NCBI GenBank assembly: GCA_964016885.1
Contig: OZ024741.1
Location: 159,092,001 to 159,156,000, forward strand
Reading direction: 5' to 3'
DNA from: Eledone cirrhosa
Lineage: Eukaryota
Length of the DNA stretch: 64,000 nucleotides
The translations under genes were made by a program, and so were the position numbers. Within the stretch, counting starts at the first letter, position 1. Each line of letters opens with the position of its first letter. Below are positions 30,681 through 44,256 of the stretch, one piece after another. The notes below the pieces were generated by a model. That model had not been told where the DNA came from. It searched no databases and saw only the letters and a list, made by a program, of their open reading frames with translations.

Positions 30681-31372
30681 CCATGTGATGTGCCTGAAAG
30701 ACGACAGCTGTATAAAAAAGTGCAGGGCGATCAAAATTGATGGAAGTTACGGAGTAGGCAGACCCAGAAAAACCTGGGACGATTTGATAAATTCCGACCT
30801 CACACACTTGCACCTCTCTAAGACAATGTCACTGGACCGAGAGCTTTGGCGCTACACAGTAATAGAGAAGACCCGCCTTACCGAAGTACAAAGTGAAACC
30901 TACTACAGTCAGTAGGCACCTCTAACCGAGATCTTTGGTGCTACGCAGTAATACAGATGACCCACCTTGCCTATGTACAAGGTGAAACCTAGTCAGTAGG
31001 CACCTCTTAAACAAATATACACCTCCCTACCCTATCCTCCCACTCCCACCACCCTCTCTCTGTAAAGTTGGTACCACAACATCCAGTCCAAATAAATGAG
31101 ATAATGAGATTGAGGTCGTGTAGGTGTCACGACAAAAAAACACACAGTCCACGCTGTAATGTGGCCGTGTAGGTAATACAGTAAAATGTTCCCAGCTCCA
31201 CACTGTAAATGTTGTTGGTGTTAGGAAGGGCATCCAACTGTAGAAAACCTGCCAGATAGTCCTATATGAGCGAGACACAGTCACCTGACCAACCTTGCCT
31301 CAAGTGGGAAAACTCCTGTCTAACCCATAATAGCGTGGAAGATGGATGTTAAACGAAGATGATGATGATGAT
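30681..31372 (+). mobile_element. RTE family B 3' fragment with a diverged internal duplication
   Basis: [21 protein letters not shown]..., segment about 30835-30925 repeated at about 30926-31008, then UTR and tail. Confidence 0.9.
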
Positions 31373-32636
31373 AAATACATATATATATATACACACACAC
31401 ATATATATATACACACACATACATATATATACACACTCACACATATATATGTATATAATGAAACAATACTACCAATTTTAATGGGTTCATACTTAAATGA
31501 AAATCTTTCAATATAATTTGACATGAAACCTTTTATTAAATCATATTACAAATATCATCCTAATTATTAAATAATCAATTATTTTAGTATTGAAAGATTT
31601 TGACGTATACATCAAAATCTTTCAATAATTAATTCAAATATAATGTATTTTACTATATACATGGGAATGAAAGGGTTAAAGTGATAACCTAGGATGGTCA
31701 TTTGACAATCCAGCGATTAATGCCAGTAAAGGGATGAGAAAATGATTATTTGATGCAAAAAATGGTTATTTTGTTGGCAGAAACTCACAGAAATTGCTGA
31801 ATCAACAGAGGGTAAATCGAAAAGAAAAAGTAAATAATTTTTCTTTTTTTAATTTAAAAAAAAAAAAAATACTAACAGAATAAGAAAATGTTTTCCAAGG
31901 AATTATTTGCTAAAAAAAGGAAATATGAAATTTGTAGAACATTTTGGCATTTGGCATTTGGGAACTTGAGTGTATTGTTAAAAAAAAACAAAAACATATT
32001 GAAACTCATTAAAGGTTCTTGCAGAAAGAAAGCAAAATGATAAGGAGAAGAGAGAAGTTCAACAAACAAATAAATTCTTTAAAAACCAACCATAAATATT
32101 ATCGTTTACCAAGCATCAAGTACTCATTTTGTATTTTTCAAGCATAATTTTTTTTCTCTTTCTAGAAGAATTTTTGCAAATAAAGATTTAAAAATCTAAC
32201 CTTTCATGTAAAAAAAAACCTCTCGTTTTTTTATTTGATTTTTCTTTAAGTATCTACCTTTTTATTTGTGTTTAGTAATGAAAGGGTTTTATTTTACATC
32301 ATCATCATCACTGCTTTATATCCATTTTCCATGCTTGATGGGGTGTCACATTATGAGGCCTGAAGTCAGATGACCATACCTTCCTTACTCATTCTGATAT
32401 TCCATTTTGGCTGAGTTTTTACAGCTGTAAGGTTTCTATGAGAAAGTGTGTATGTGTGTGTGTGTGTGTGGGGGGGGGGGTTGTATGGGGTTCTTTGAAT
32501 TGCTCTTAGGAGATTCAACCCATGCCTCTCCCTATTGGGACCTGTTGTAATTGTTAGTTTTATTTTCTGCTGATTTCACTGTTTTTGTACTTCCTCCTTG
32601 TATTAACCTCAATGAATGAAGACCTAGTGACCAATA

Positions 32637-33392
32637 GTTGTTTCTACTTTTGGCACAAGGCCAGCAAATATCCCAGTGCATTACTGGTACTTTATTTTAT
32701 TGACCCCATAAGGATGAAAAGCAAAGTTAACCTCGGTGGGATTTGAACCCAGACAGTAAAGCGCCGTAACTCTCTACCGATACTGCCATTTCTAATTTAA
32801 GCACAAGGCCAACAAATTGTGGGGAGGGGAAATTCAATAATATAAACCCTAGTACTTGACTGGTACTTTATTTTCTCGATCCCAAAAGAATGAAAGGCAA
32901 AGTTGACCATGGTGGAACTTGAACTTATAATGTAAAGAGCCATAACTAATAGTGCAATGGCATTTTAGCCAATGCTCTACCAATTTTGCCAATCCACCTC
33001 CCTGGCTATTAATACTACTACTAATAATTGTTTCTATATTCGATAAAGTACCAGTAATGCACTGGGACAAGTGCTTGCCTTGTACCAAAAGTAAGAGAAA
33101 CAAAACAAAAGCAACAACACAAATAACAACAACAGCAGAAATAATAATAATAACAATAAAAATAAAAATAACATTAATAATAATATCATTATTGTTATTG
33201 TGAGGGCGGTGGATTGGCAGTATTGATAGAGGGTCGGACGCCATGCTTTGACGCATAGAGTTACGGTTCTTGCCATTCTGAGTTCAAATCCTGCCGAAGT
33301 TAACTTTGCCTTTCATCCTTACGGGGTCGATAAAATAACGTACCAGTAATGCACTGGGTAATTGCTGGCCTTGTACCAAAAGTAGAAACAGT
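32637..33392. mobile_element. Family O SINE cluster: two minus copies (32637-33000), a plus fragment (about 33040-33100) and a full plus copy (33203-33392)
   Basis: GGCGGTGGATTGGCAGTATTGATAGAG...GAGTTCAAATCC...GGCCTTGTACCAAAAGTAGAAAC. Further copies at about 10620-10760, 11705-11860, 35207-35590, 41425-41600 and 62650-62850. Confidence 0.88.
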
Positions 33393-33589
33393 TATTATTA
33401 TTGTTATTATTATTATTTCTTTTAAAAACAACAATGCAAAGAATAACTTATCATTTTGCATTACTATGGCACATTGCTGTTACATTCCTTATCTTTTGTT
33501 GTACAGCTTCAACACAACCTGTGTGTGAGTATGTATGTGTATATAAGATATATGGATGTAAGAGCAGATATGTAACACACAAACACACA

Positions 33590-33745
33590 CAACCATACAT
33601 AGATATATATACACTGACATATATAGATCTGTACACATTCACACATAGATATATACACCTTAACATATATAGATCTGTACACTTTCACACATAGATATAT
33701 ACACATTTACATATATACACTTTCACACATAGACATATACACCTT

Positions 33746-33801
<56 letters not shown>

Positions 33802-34017
33802 CATTCACACATAGATACATATTCACACATTCCCACATAGATATATATATATACACACATTCCCACATATAGATATATATTCACACATAGATATATATAT
33901 ATATTCACACATAGATAGATAGATATACACACATTCACACATAGATATATGTACACACATTCACACATAAATATACATATATACACACATTCACACATAG
34001 ATATATATACACACATT

Positions 34018-34069
<52 letters not shown>

Positions 34070-34250
34070 TTCACACATATAGATATATATACATTCACAC
34101 ATAGATATATTCATATTCACACACAGATATATACACATTTACATATTTACATATATACACATTAACACATAGATAGATATATATACACATTTACATATAT
34201 AGATAGATACACACATTTACATATAGATATATACACATTCACACAGACAT
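33590..34250. repeat. Minisatellite based on ACACATTCACACATAGATATAT
   Basis: Seen directly; variable TA slippage between units. Confidence 0.85.
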
Positions 34251-34284
34251 AGGTTGCCTATTCCACATTGAAGCCAAACTTTTT

Positions 34285-34565
34285 AAGATTTCTCTTTAAT
34301 GCCATCATACTTTCGTTCTTAAGATAACCTTTACTACATTGTAATAACATATGACATGTCTAAATCATAGCTGTATGGCATGTCTTAATACACATCACAT
34401 CTATCATACCATCGTTTTTAAGGTGACCTTTCATACATCATAGTGACATATGACATATCTTACCAATAACCATCACATCTATCATACCATTGTACTTAAG
34501 ATAACCCTTCATACCCCATAATAGCATATTACATATCTTAACCATAGCCATCACATTTATCATAG
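34285..34565. repeat. Diverged tandem repeat, unit about 78 bp
   Basis: CATCACAT anchor at about 34393, 34471 and 34549 with shared TTAAG.T.ACC and CATATGACAT.TCT. Confidence 0.8.
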
Positions 34566-34762
34566 AATGGAACAAGATATGAAAACTGAAGATATTCAAA
34601 ATCATAAACATTTTAATAACAGATGTACATTTTCATCTTGCTGGATCTTCTCAATGTAATGCAAAAATCTTAAACTATTCTTTTTTTGTTTTGAAAGTAA
34701 AATCAGATTTTTTTTCTTTTTAGGGAGATAAGGGAGAGGAAAAAGAGAGGGAGAGAAATTAA

Positions 34763-34969
34763 CCCTTTAGCATTTAAACCAGCCATATCCGGCCAGATTC
34801 TCTCACTTTTTTCTGTCCAAACCAGCTGTAACTGGCCACTCATACTGACATTAAGGTATTGTTCTCAAAATAAATAACATCAAAATCTTGTAGATTTGAT
34901 ATTATGTGAGATAAAACTTTTACCACAAAAATATAATAGTAAATATAGAGTAATGTAAATGCTAAAGGG
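34763..34969. mobile_element. piggyBac-type MITE
   Basis: TTAA|CCCTTTAGCATTTA...TAAATGCTAAAGGG|TTAA: perfect 14-bp TIR with TTAA target duplication. Confidence 0.9.
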
Positions 34970-35906
34970 TTAAAGTCAATGAGAGGAGATATATACTATG
35001 ATAAATATAAAGACAGAGAGAAAAAGAGTGAGATAACCAAGTAAAGAAGGGTAAAGAAACATAGAGAGTCAGAAGGATAGGGAAAGCCAGAGGGTTAGAA
35101 AGACAGTTTGACAGAAACAGAGACAGAAAAAGACAAAGACACAAAAATGTGAAAACAAAAAATTCACAACAAACAAACACAAAAATAAAATTTAAAAAAA
35201 ATTATAATAATTGTTTCTACTTTAGGGACAAAGCCAACAATTTTGGTGCTTTTTGGTGCTTTATTTTATCAACCCATAAGGTTGAAAGGCAAAGCTAACT
35301 TCAATGGGATTTGAACTCAGAACGTAAAGGGCTGTAACTTTATGCTACAAAGCATGGTGTCCGACCAAAAATTATTATAATAATAATAATGGTTTCTAAT
35401 TTAAACACAAGGCCAGCAATTTGAAGGGTGGGGAAACGTCAATGAAGTCAACAGCAGTACTTTACTGATACTTTATTATCGACTTTGGAAGGGTGAAAGG
35501 CAAAAATTGACCTCAGTAGGATTTGAACTAAGAACTTAAAGGGTCATAACAAATATAGCATTGCATTTTTCCGATACTTCAATTTTACCTATAATAATAA
35601 TAACAAAATCTAAACTATAATAATGATAATGATGGTAGTGGTGATAATGATGATTGAGATGTTGGTGTTGATGATAATGATGATTTTTATGGTGGTGGTG
35701 GTGGTGCTGATTGTGATGGTGGTGATTATAATAATAATGATTGTGGTGGTGGTGGTGAGATAACGATGATGATGATGATGGTGGTGGTGGTGGTGGTTGT
35801 GGTGGTGATAATGTTGGAAGTGGTGGTGGTGGTGGTGGTTGTGGTGGTGATAATGTTGGAAGTGGTGGTGGTGATGATAATGTTGAAGATGATGATGATG
35901 ATGATG

Positions 35907-35954
<48 letters not shown>

Positions 35955-36162
35955 GCAAAGATCAAAGCAAGACATGTTTGATTGCATAGCCAGTTAATTA
36001 TTGTCATTATCATTGACCAAACTTGTGATATTTTCATGTATTCTTCCAAACAGTTTATAGAACATATTGAAATATCTAAATATATGGTTCCAACATAGCG
36101 GTGTGAGATATAAAAGTAAGAAAAAATTACATATATATGTGTGTGTGTGTGTATCATATATA

Positions 36163-36541
36163 TTAGTGGTTAGAGCATTGGTCTTGCAATTGAAAGGTTT
36201 TGAGTTCAACTCTCAGACCAGGTGATGTGTTGTTTCCTTGAGCAAGACACTTTATTTCACATTGCTCCAGTTTACTCAGCTGTAGAAATGAGATGATAGG
36301 GACTGGGGTCCCTATCATTCCAGTGCAAAGTGGTCGTGGAGGTGCCACGGCAAAATAGCACCCAGCCCACACTGTAAAGTGGACATGTAGGCATGATGGA
36401 AAAAAGCACCCAGCACTCACTGTAAATGAGGTTGGTGCTAGGAAGGGCATCCAGCTGTAGAAATCAAGCCAGAATCAGTTCCCGTCCCACCCTTGCAAGC
36501 AGAGAAAAGCGGACGTAAAATGATGATGATGATGATGATGA
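36163..36541 (+). mobile_element. Family T SINE, long variant retaining both pseudoknot pairs
   Basis: Carries an extra CCCACACTGTAAAGTGGACATGTAGGC...AAAAAAGCACCCAG unit, as in the RTE-A UTR. Confidence 0.9.
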
Positions 36542-36544
36542 AAC

Positions 36545-37770
36545 AGGAGGTTTGCCAATGTCTTGTGATGTGAGGATCAGAGACATGAGATGTTCTGCAT
36601 CGTCAAGTAGTGTGTCCGTGATAACCAGAATTTGTCGTTGGGGGGAAAAGTCTGTACAAAATGACACTGGTGCACTCAATGTCATGGATGCTCTAAAGAA
36701 CGAGATCTGGAAATACTATTATGAGAGGTTGATGAATGAGGAGAATGAATGGGAGAAGAGAGACTACCTCCAACTATCAAAATTGACAGTTAAAGAGTTA
36801 AAGAAGCAATCAAGAAGATTAAAAAATGGTAAGGCTGCTGAATCATTAGAAATAGTCACTGAGATGCTGAAATCTCCTGGAGAAGTAAGAGTTAAACTAG
36901 TCACCCACAAAATCAATCAAGTAATACAAGACAGATTCATATCCAATGACTAGTATAGTAGAATACTCATCAATTGTTACAAGGGGAAAGGTGATTCACT
37001 GGAAAGGAGCAATTACAGGAGCATAAAAATAATGGGCCAGGTAATGAAAATGACAGAAAGACTCTTAGCACAACTAATTAGGGAAAGAGTCAAATTAGAT
37101 GAGATGCAGTTTGGTTTTGAGCCTGGGAGGAGTACAACAGCTGCTCTCTTCCTAGTAAAATAACTACAAGAGAAGTTCCTAGCCAAGAATAAGCTGCTAT
37201 ATTTAGCTTTTGTTGACCGAGAGAAAACCTTTGGCAGAGTACCATGATCTGTCATCTGGTGGTCCTTAAGGTAACTAAGCATAGAAGAATGGCTTGTAAG
37301 AGGAGTTGTTAGTAAGGTGAGAGTAGGCAATGAGTTTAGTAAGAAATTCAATATGCAAGTAGGTCTTCATCAGAGCTACATCTTTGGCCCATTTCTCTTT
37401 ATCATAGTTCTCCAGGCCATAACCAAGGAGTTTAAGATGTTGCCCATGGAAACTTATGTATGCCAACGACCTGGTTCTAATAGCCAAATCTGTTGAAGAG
37501 TTAGAGAAGAAATTCTGGCTTTGGAAAGAGAACTTAGAATCAATAGGGTTTAGAGTAAACTTAGTGAAAACTAAAGTGTTAGTAAGTAGGAAAGAAGACA
37601 GAGCCCTGATCCCATCAGAGGAATGCTCGATATGTAGAAAAGGAGTAGGTAAAAACTATATACTATAGAACAGATCTGTTTCATAGTTGAACAAGTTACA
37701 GACATATATGGTTTGACATTTGGAAAATGGTACGTTAGAAGTGGCAGCTAAGTTCTTCTTTCATACACAG
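36545..37770 (+). mobile_element. Degraded RTE LINE
   Basis: WKYYYERLMNEENEWE, KNGKAA, QFGF, FVDLEK, YANDLVL, CSICRKG; many stops. Confidence 0.9.
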
Positions 37771-38519
37771 TTGCCCTATTGAAGCAACTACTGTAGGTTA
37801 ACTAGTTGGTTTGTTGGGTGGTGGCTGGATGTTTTAGCAGAAGGGGACATAAGTGGCTGTGATAAGGGTTTCCTGTGAAGTGGCTTCCCTTGAAGCTTCA
37901 AACTTCAAACTGCTGGCTGACATTTCAAAAGAGACCAATGCATTTAATCGTGCATCTCTAGATATATGTACATGTGTGTAAGTATATATGTATGTGTATG
38001 TAAATGGATGTTTATATATATATATATTTATATATATATATACACATAGGAATGGTATATGTGTCATTTATGACAATGTGACAGTACTCAGAGCATGTAG
38101 TACATATAAATACACGCACACAAACCTATATAACATGTATGTGAGTGTGTGTGTCCATGTGCAAGTATACATGCAGATAAATATATACGCACTTAAAACG
38201 TGTGTGCATGCATGTATACATGCATACAAAACACACACACAGACATCCATATGTATATATATATACATATGAAAGGAGAGCAAGGTTCAATATTTGTATA
38301 TAATATGAGGATCTGATTTACAGCGTCAATAGTTTTAAGAATGACCTTTAATATATATATTGGTTCTTCAGAATTTAACATTAAACAAACAGGATGCAAT
38401 AGATAAAGCATTGTCTCTCTCTCTCCCTCTGTTACATATATACACACATACACAAGTATATGTATACATACATATATATATATATGTGTGTGTGTGTGTA
38501 TATATATACATATATATAA

Positions 38520-38832
38520 ATGTATGTATGGCCCCATAACTCCTGATAAAATTGTAGGGGTGCTGTATTGACATACAGCGTTTCTTGGGCAGTTTAAACC
38601 TGGCGGAACACATCCCTCTCCAGGTCTGAGTACAGCAAGTTTCTTCCAGAGAAATGAGAAAGAGATAAAGAGGAAGAATTGACCCCAGTACAAGACTGGT
38701 ACTTTTTTTTATCAACCTCGAAAGGATGAAAAACAAAGTTGACCTCGGCGGGATTTAAACTCTGAGAGCAGAGAGCCAGAATAAATACCATAAAGCATTC
38801 TATCTGACATTCTAACAACTCTGCCAATTTGC
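38520..38832 (-). mobile_element. Family O SINE head with an alternative long tail ending GGCCATAC(ATAC)n
   Basis: Same structure at about 42695-43025 (-), 48503-48785 (+) and 63280-63590 (+). Confidence 0.8.
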
Positions 38833-38846
38833 CTTATATATATATA

Positions 38847-41188
38847 TCATCATCATCATCATCATTTTACGTCCGCTTTTCCCTGCTTGCAAGGGTGGGA
38901 CGGGTCTTATTCAGCACAGCATCTCTCCACTCATCACGGTCCCTCGTCATCTCCACCGTGAGCTTCAATGATCTGAGGTCTGTTCTCACCACCTCCGCCC
39001 ATGTTTTTTGTGGTCTACCTCTACCACGTCTTCCTTCAACTGGCATTTCCTGGCACTTCTTCACCCATCGGTCATCCTCCATGCGCATCACATGTCCATA
39101 CCACCTCAGTCTCCTCTCCCGTACACTACATTCTATCCCTCTCAGACACAGTTTCTCTCTCAACACATTTATGCTGGGTCGTTCACGCACATTTACACTG
39201 CACATCCAACGGAGCATGCTTGCCTCATTTCTCTCCAGCCGTCGCATATCCTCTGCGGTTGCTGCCCATGTCTCACTACCATGCAGCATCGCGCTCCTCA
39301 CACAGGCATCATACAACCGGCCTTTCGTACGCAGGGAGAAACCCTTCTTCGTCAACAGAGGAAGCAGCTCCCTAAACTTCTTCCAACCCGTCCTTGTTCT
39401 AGATACTATGGCCTCGGAACACCCTCCTCCCATGCTAATCTGATTTCCTAGGTACCGGAAGCTATCCACCACTTCTATAGCGCCCTCTCGCATTTGAAAA
39501 ATGTGTCTATCAGTGCGACTTCTACTGTCTAATTTCCCTGTACATCTACTGCATACATATTTCTCCCTACCTGTTAGTTTGCCTGCTATCCCGCTACATC
39601 TCTTGTGAACCCAGGACCTGCATTGTGTGCATTTTATAGAATTTATGCCAGTTCCTTTTCTGCATATCGAACACGGCCATTTCCCTGACGGAATCAGGGT
39701 TTTGTCCTCTTTTCTACTCATCAACACTTTTGCCTTAGCTAGATTTACTCTCAGTCCTCTTGCTTCCAACTGCTGTTTCCATAGCCGGAATTTATTCTCT
39801 AGCTCCTCTACTGATTCTGCTATAAGAGCCAGATCGTCAGCATAGAGAAGTTCCCATGGACAGCCAGTCTTAAACTCCTCTGTTATGGCTTGGAGGACTA
39901 TAATGAACAAGAGCGGGCTGAGGACCGAACCCTGATGTACTCCTACTTGTATCTGGAATTCCTCACTAAACTCCATTCCTACCCTGACTTTACTGAGAGT
40001 ACCTCTGTACAAAGTTTGCACTGTCCTCACAAGCCATTTCTCAACACCTAGCTTCCTTAGGGACCACCAGATGACAGATCGGGGTACCCTATCAAAGGCC
40101 TTCTCTAGGTCAACAAAGGCTAAGTATAGTGGCTTATTCTTCTCTAAGAACCTCTCTTGCAATTGTCTCACCAAGAAGAGGGCATCTGTTGTACTCTTCC
40201 CAGGCACAAAACCAAACTGCATCTCATCTAGTTTGACCCTTTCTTTAATTAGTTGTGCTAAAATCCTTTCTGCCACTTTCATAACCTGATCTATCAGTTT
40301 TATACCCCTATAATTGCTCCTCTCCAAAGCATCCCCTTTACCTTTGTAGCAATTCATGAGAACACTGCTGCACCAGTCTTTGGGTATGACGCCACCATAT
40401 ATAGCCTGATTGATGATGCGTGCAACCAGTTTAGTGCCTACGTCCCCTGATGCCTTCAGCATCTCGGCAACTATTCCCGATGGTCCAGCAGCCTTACCAT
40501 TTTTCATTTCCCTAATCGCCTCTTGGACCCTATATTCGTCAATCTCAATAGCTGGTCCCTCTGTCGGATCTACCAAGGGTAATTTCTCTCTCTCCCATTC
40601 GTTCTCCACATTCATCAGTCTCTCATAATGACATTTCCAGGCCTCCTTTTTCTGGTCATTCGTGACACTAAGTACACCGGCATCATCCCGGACACATTTA
40701 TCTCCAACAACATCCTGATTTGCATTGACACACTGCCTTGCAATGTGGAACACCGCACGCCTCTGATCTTCCCGTCGCAGAACATTGGCAAACCTCCTAC
40801 GCTCTGCCTCCCTGCGTGCTAAGTACGCTCTGCCTCCCTGCGTGCTAAGTACACCTGACATCTAGCTTCTCTCTTAGTGGCTGTATATTCTTCCCTACTC
40901 CCACCCTTTTTCCAAGCCTTCCATGCTAGTCTTTTGTCTCTAATAGCCTTATCTACTGTGCTGTTCCACCACCAGGTCACTCTCTGTCTGGTTGGAGCTC
41001 TGCTCCAGCCACAGGTTTCATCAGTAGCCTGCAGCAAGTTGTCACGTAAGAACTTCCAGTTATTATCTATGTCATACGTCTCTAAATCGTCTTCTTTTTC
41101 GTCATATACATCTTGAAGGGCTTTCCTAAATTTGAGTTTTAGTGAAAGGTCTTTTAGCTTCCAGACCTTTCTTCTCCACACCTTCCTA

Positions 41189-41190
<2 letters not shown>
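38847..41190 (-). mobile_element. RTE family C, 5'-truncated, near-intact frame
   Basis: ORF 38867..40861 plus upstream frame (VWKLKD, TWWWN); a 26-bp tandem duplication at 40798-40849 causes the frameshift. Confidence 0.97.
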
Positions 41191-41255
<65 letters not shown>

Positions 41256-41272
41256 GTGTATATATGCGTGTG

Positions 41273-41304
<32 letters not shown>

Positions 41305-41932
41305 TATATACATATATATATATATATATGTATATACATACATACATACATATACACATATGTAGGTACATACATACATAAATAAATATGATACATACAT
41401 ACCTACATATATATATATAATATAATTGTTTCTACTTTTGGCACAAGGCCACCAATTATCCAGTACATTACTGGTACTTTATTTTATCAACCCCATAAGG
41501 ATGAAAGGCAAAGTTAACCTCGACGGGATTTGAACTCAGACCGTAAAGGGACGTAACTATGCTAGAAAGCATGGCGTCCAACCCTCTATGATACTGCCAA
41601 TTCACAATATAATACAAAAGAGAAATGGTTATTGGTTGGTGTCTTGGCACATCACACAAAAACGGAAACTGACAATTGAAAAGTAAGTACACCAATGGAT
41701 TAAGGGTATACCCAGGAAGGTTTATTGATACGCAGTTTATAACATCAAAGAAGAAAAACATCCTGAGTATGCTAACCAACCCGCCCGATATGTCTAGCAG
41801 GTTGGGAGACAACCATAAGAAATCCTCTCTGCGTTGTCAGCAATGCTTGTTTTCATGGCCTGCATCCCCGTGGATTCAAACACTGATTTATACACATACA
41901 CACACATTTATATACAATTATCTATATCTATA

Positions 41933-42480
41933 TCTACATATAATATAAAAAGATTTGAACTACCATCATCCTTTTGAGAAACATGGACCCACCATGTCTA
42001 TGCAATGGCACACACTTTAGTCAGGTGGATGATGAACCATCTTCTTGAAAGCAATCATCAAGGAGAAAAGTACATTTTTTCCCAAGATTACTCTCATCCC
42101 TTTCTCTACCGAGTTGCCGTTCAAATTCTCAAGACTTCAGTTCCCTGTTAGAGCCAGTTTTGCTATAACCATAAATAAAGCTCAGGTTCAGAGTCTCAAA
42201 GATGTCGGATTGAATATAAGAGAATTGGTTTTTACCCATGGACAGTTATATGTAGGTTGTTCATGAGTGGGAACAACTAAAAATCTTCATATACTATGCT
42301 CAAATGGTAAAACAAAGAATTTTGTGTATCTGAAAGTTTTTTACTATTTTTTTTTAACACACACACACACACACCATATGTCACTTTATACTGTAAAGCA
42401 GTAATGCATCCAAAACAGTTGTTTTGAATACTGTTCTTTTATCATCTGTTTACTCGGGCAAAGCTGGGTAGTTCAGCTAG
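41933..42480 (+). mobile_element. Non-autonomous Helitron with RepHel helicase C-terminal remnant
   Basis: 5' A|TCTACATATAATATAAAA; PFKFSRLQFPVRASFAITINKAQ...FTHGQLYVGCS; hairpin TACTCGG/CTGGGTA (42451-42470); CTAG|T end. The 5' TC could also be at 41921 or 41927. Confidence 0.88.
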
Positions 42481-43030
42481 TATACATATATAATTATGAG
42501 TGGGTTCTTGATGGATATCAGGTGACCACAGTTAAAAAAGGTACTCAATATGTTGGTTATATATAGTTATCTTTATTTTATATAGAAATTTCTTCCATAT
42601 GAAATCATCAGAAATGTAATACACACACTCACACACATACACATGTATGTATGCATGTGTACACACATATATATACACACACACAGACACATATGTATGT
42701 ATGGTGTGGACCCGTAACTCCTGATGGAGTCATAGTGGCGCCATATTGACATACAGCATTTCTAGGGCATTTTCTTAAACCTGGCAGATTTCTGCCAGAG
42801 AAGGATAGAGGGGGTGAGAGAAAGGATGTGAGAAAGAGATATAGAAGAAGAATCGACCCCAGTACTTGACCCCAGTAGAATCGACCCCAGTACTTGACTG
42901 GTATATTTTTTATCGACGATGAATGGATGAAACGCAAAGTTGACATTCAGCGGAATTTGAACTCAGAGAGCAGAAATGAATACTACAAAGCATTCTATCC
43001 AACTTTCTAATGCCAGTTTGTCGCCTATAG

Positions 43031-43073
<43 letters not shown>

Positions 43074-43150
43074 TGTGTGTGTAAGTGTGTCTATAGGCGA
43101 CAAATGTGTATGTATATATATATATATGTATGTATATATATATATATGTG

Positions 43151-43181
<31 letters not shown>

Positions 43182-43183
43182 GT

Positions 43184-43757
43184 ATCATCATCATCATTTT
43201 ACGTCCGCTTTTCCCTGCTTGCAAGGGTGGGACGGGTCTTATTCAGCACAGCATCTCTCCACTCGTCACGGTCCCTCGTCATCTCCACCGTGAGCTTCAA
43301 TGATCTGAGGTCTGTTCTCAACACCTCCGCCCACCTCTACCTCGTCTTCCTTCAACTGGCATTTCCTGGCACTTCTTCACCCATCGGTCATCCTCCATGC
43401 GCATCACATGTCCATACCACCTCAGTCTCCTCTCCCGTACACTACATTCTATCCCTCTCAGACACAGTTTCTCTCTCAACACATTTATGCTGGGTCGTTC
43501 ACGCACATTTACACTGCACATCCAACGGAGCATGCTTGCCTCATTTCTCTCCAGCCGTCGCATATCCTCTGCGGTTGTTGCCCATGTCTCACTACCATGC
43601 AGCATCGCGCTCCTCACACAGGCATCATACAACCGGCCTTTCATACGCAGGAGAAACCCTTCTTCGTCAACAGAGGAAGCAGCTCCCTAAACTTCTTCCA
43701 GCACGTCCTTGTTCTAGATACTATGGCCTCGGAACACCCTCCTCCCATGCTAATCTG
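43184..43757 (-). mobile_element. RTE family C 3' fragment
   Basis: Near-identical to 38847-39442 with a small deletion; TA/TG tracts on both sides. Confidence 0.95.
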
Positions 43758-44113
43758 TATGTATATATATATATGTGTATGTATATATATATATATGTAT
43801 GCATATATATATATGTATGTATATGTATATATATGTATGTATATGTATATATATATATATGTATGTATATGTATGTATATATATTTATTTGTATGTATAT
43901 ATATTTATGTGTATGTATATATATATATATATATGTATATCTGTATGTATATGTATATATATATATGTATATCTGTATGTATATGTATATATATATGTAT
44001 ATGTGTATATATATATATGTATGTATATGTATGTGTATATATATATATATATATGTATGTATATGTGTATGTATATATATTTATGTATGTATATATATAT
44101 GTATATGTGTATG

Positions 44114-44144
<31 letters not shown>

Positions 44145-44256
44145 GTATATATATATGTATGCATGTATATATATATATGTATATGTATATATGTATATAT
44201 ATATATGTATGTATATATATATGTATATATATATATACATACATACATATACATAT

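Noticed and set aside
32100-32150. Possible alternative first exon on the minus strand (ATGCTTG|GTAAAC)
   Set aside because: Too short and unspecific to support without transcripts.
38829-40822. Plus-strand ORFs over RTE-C and similar antisense ORFs over other LINEs
   Set aside because: Shadows of the RT reading frame on the opposite strand.
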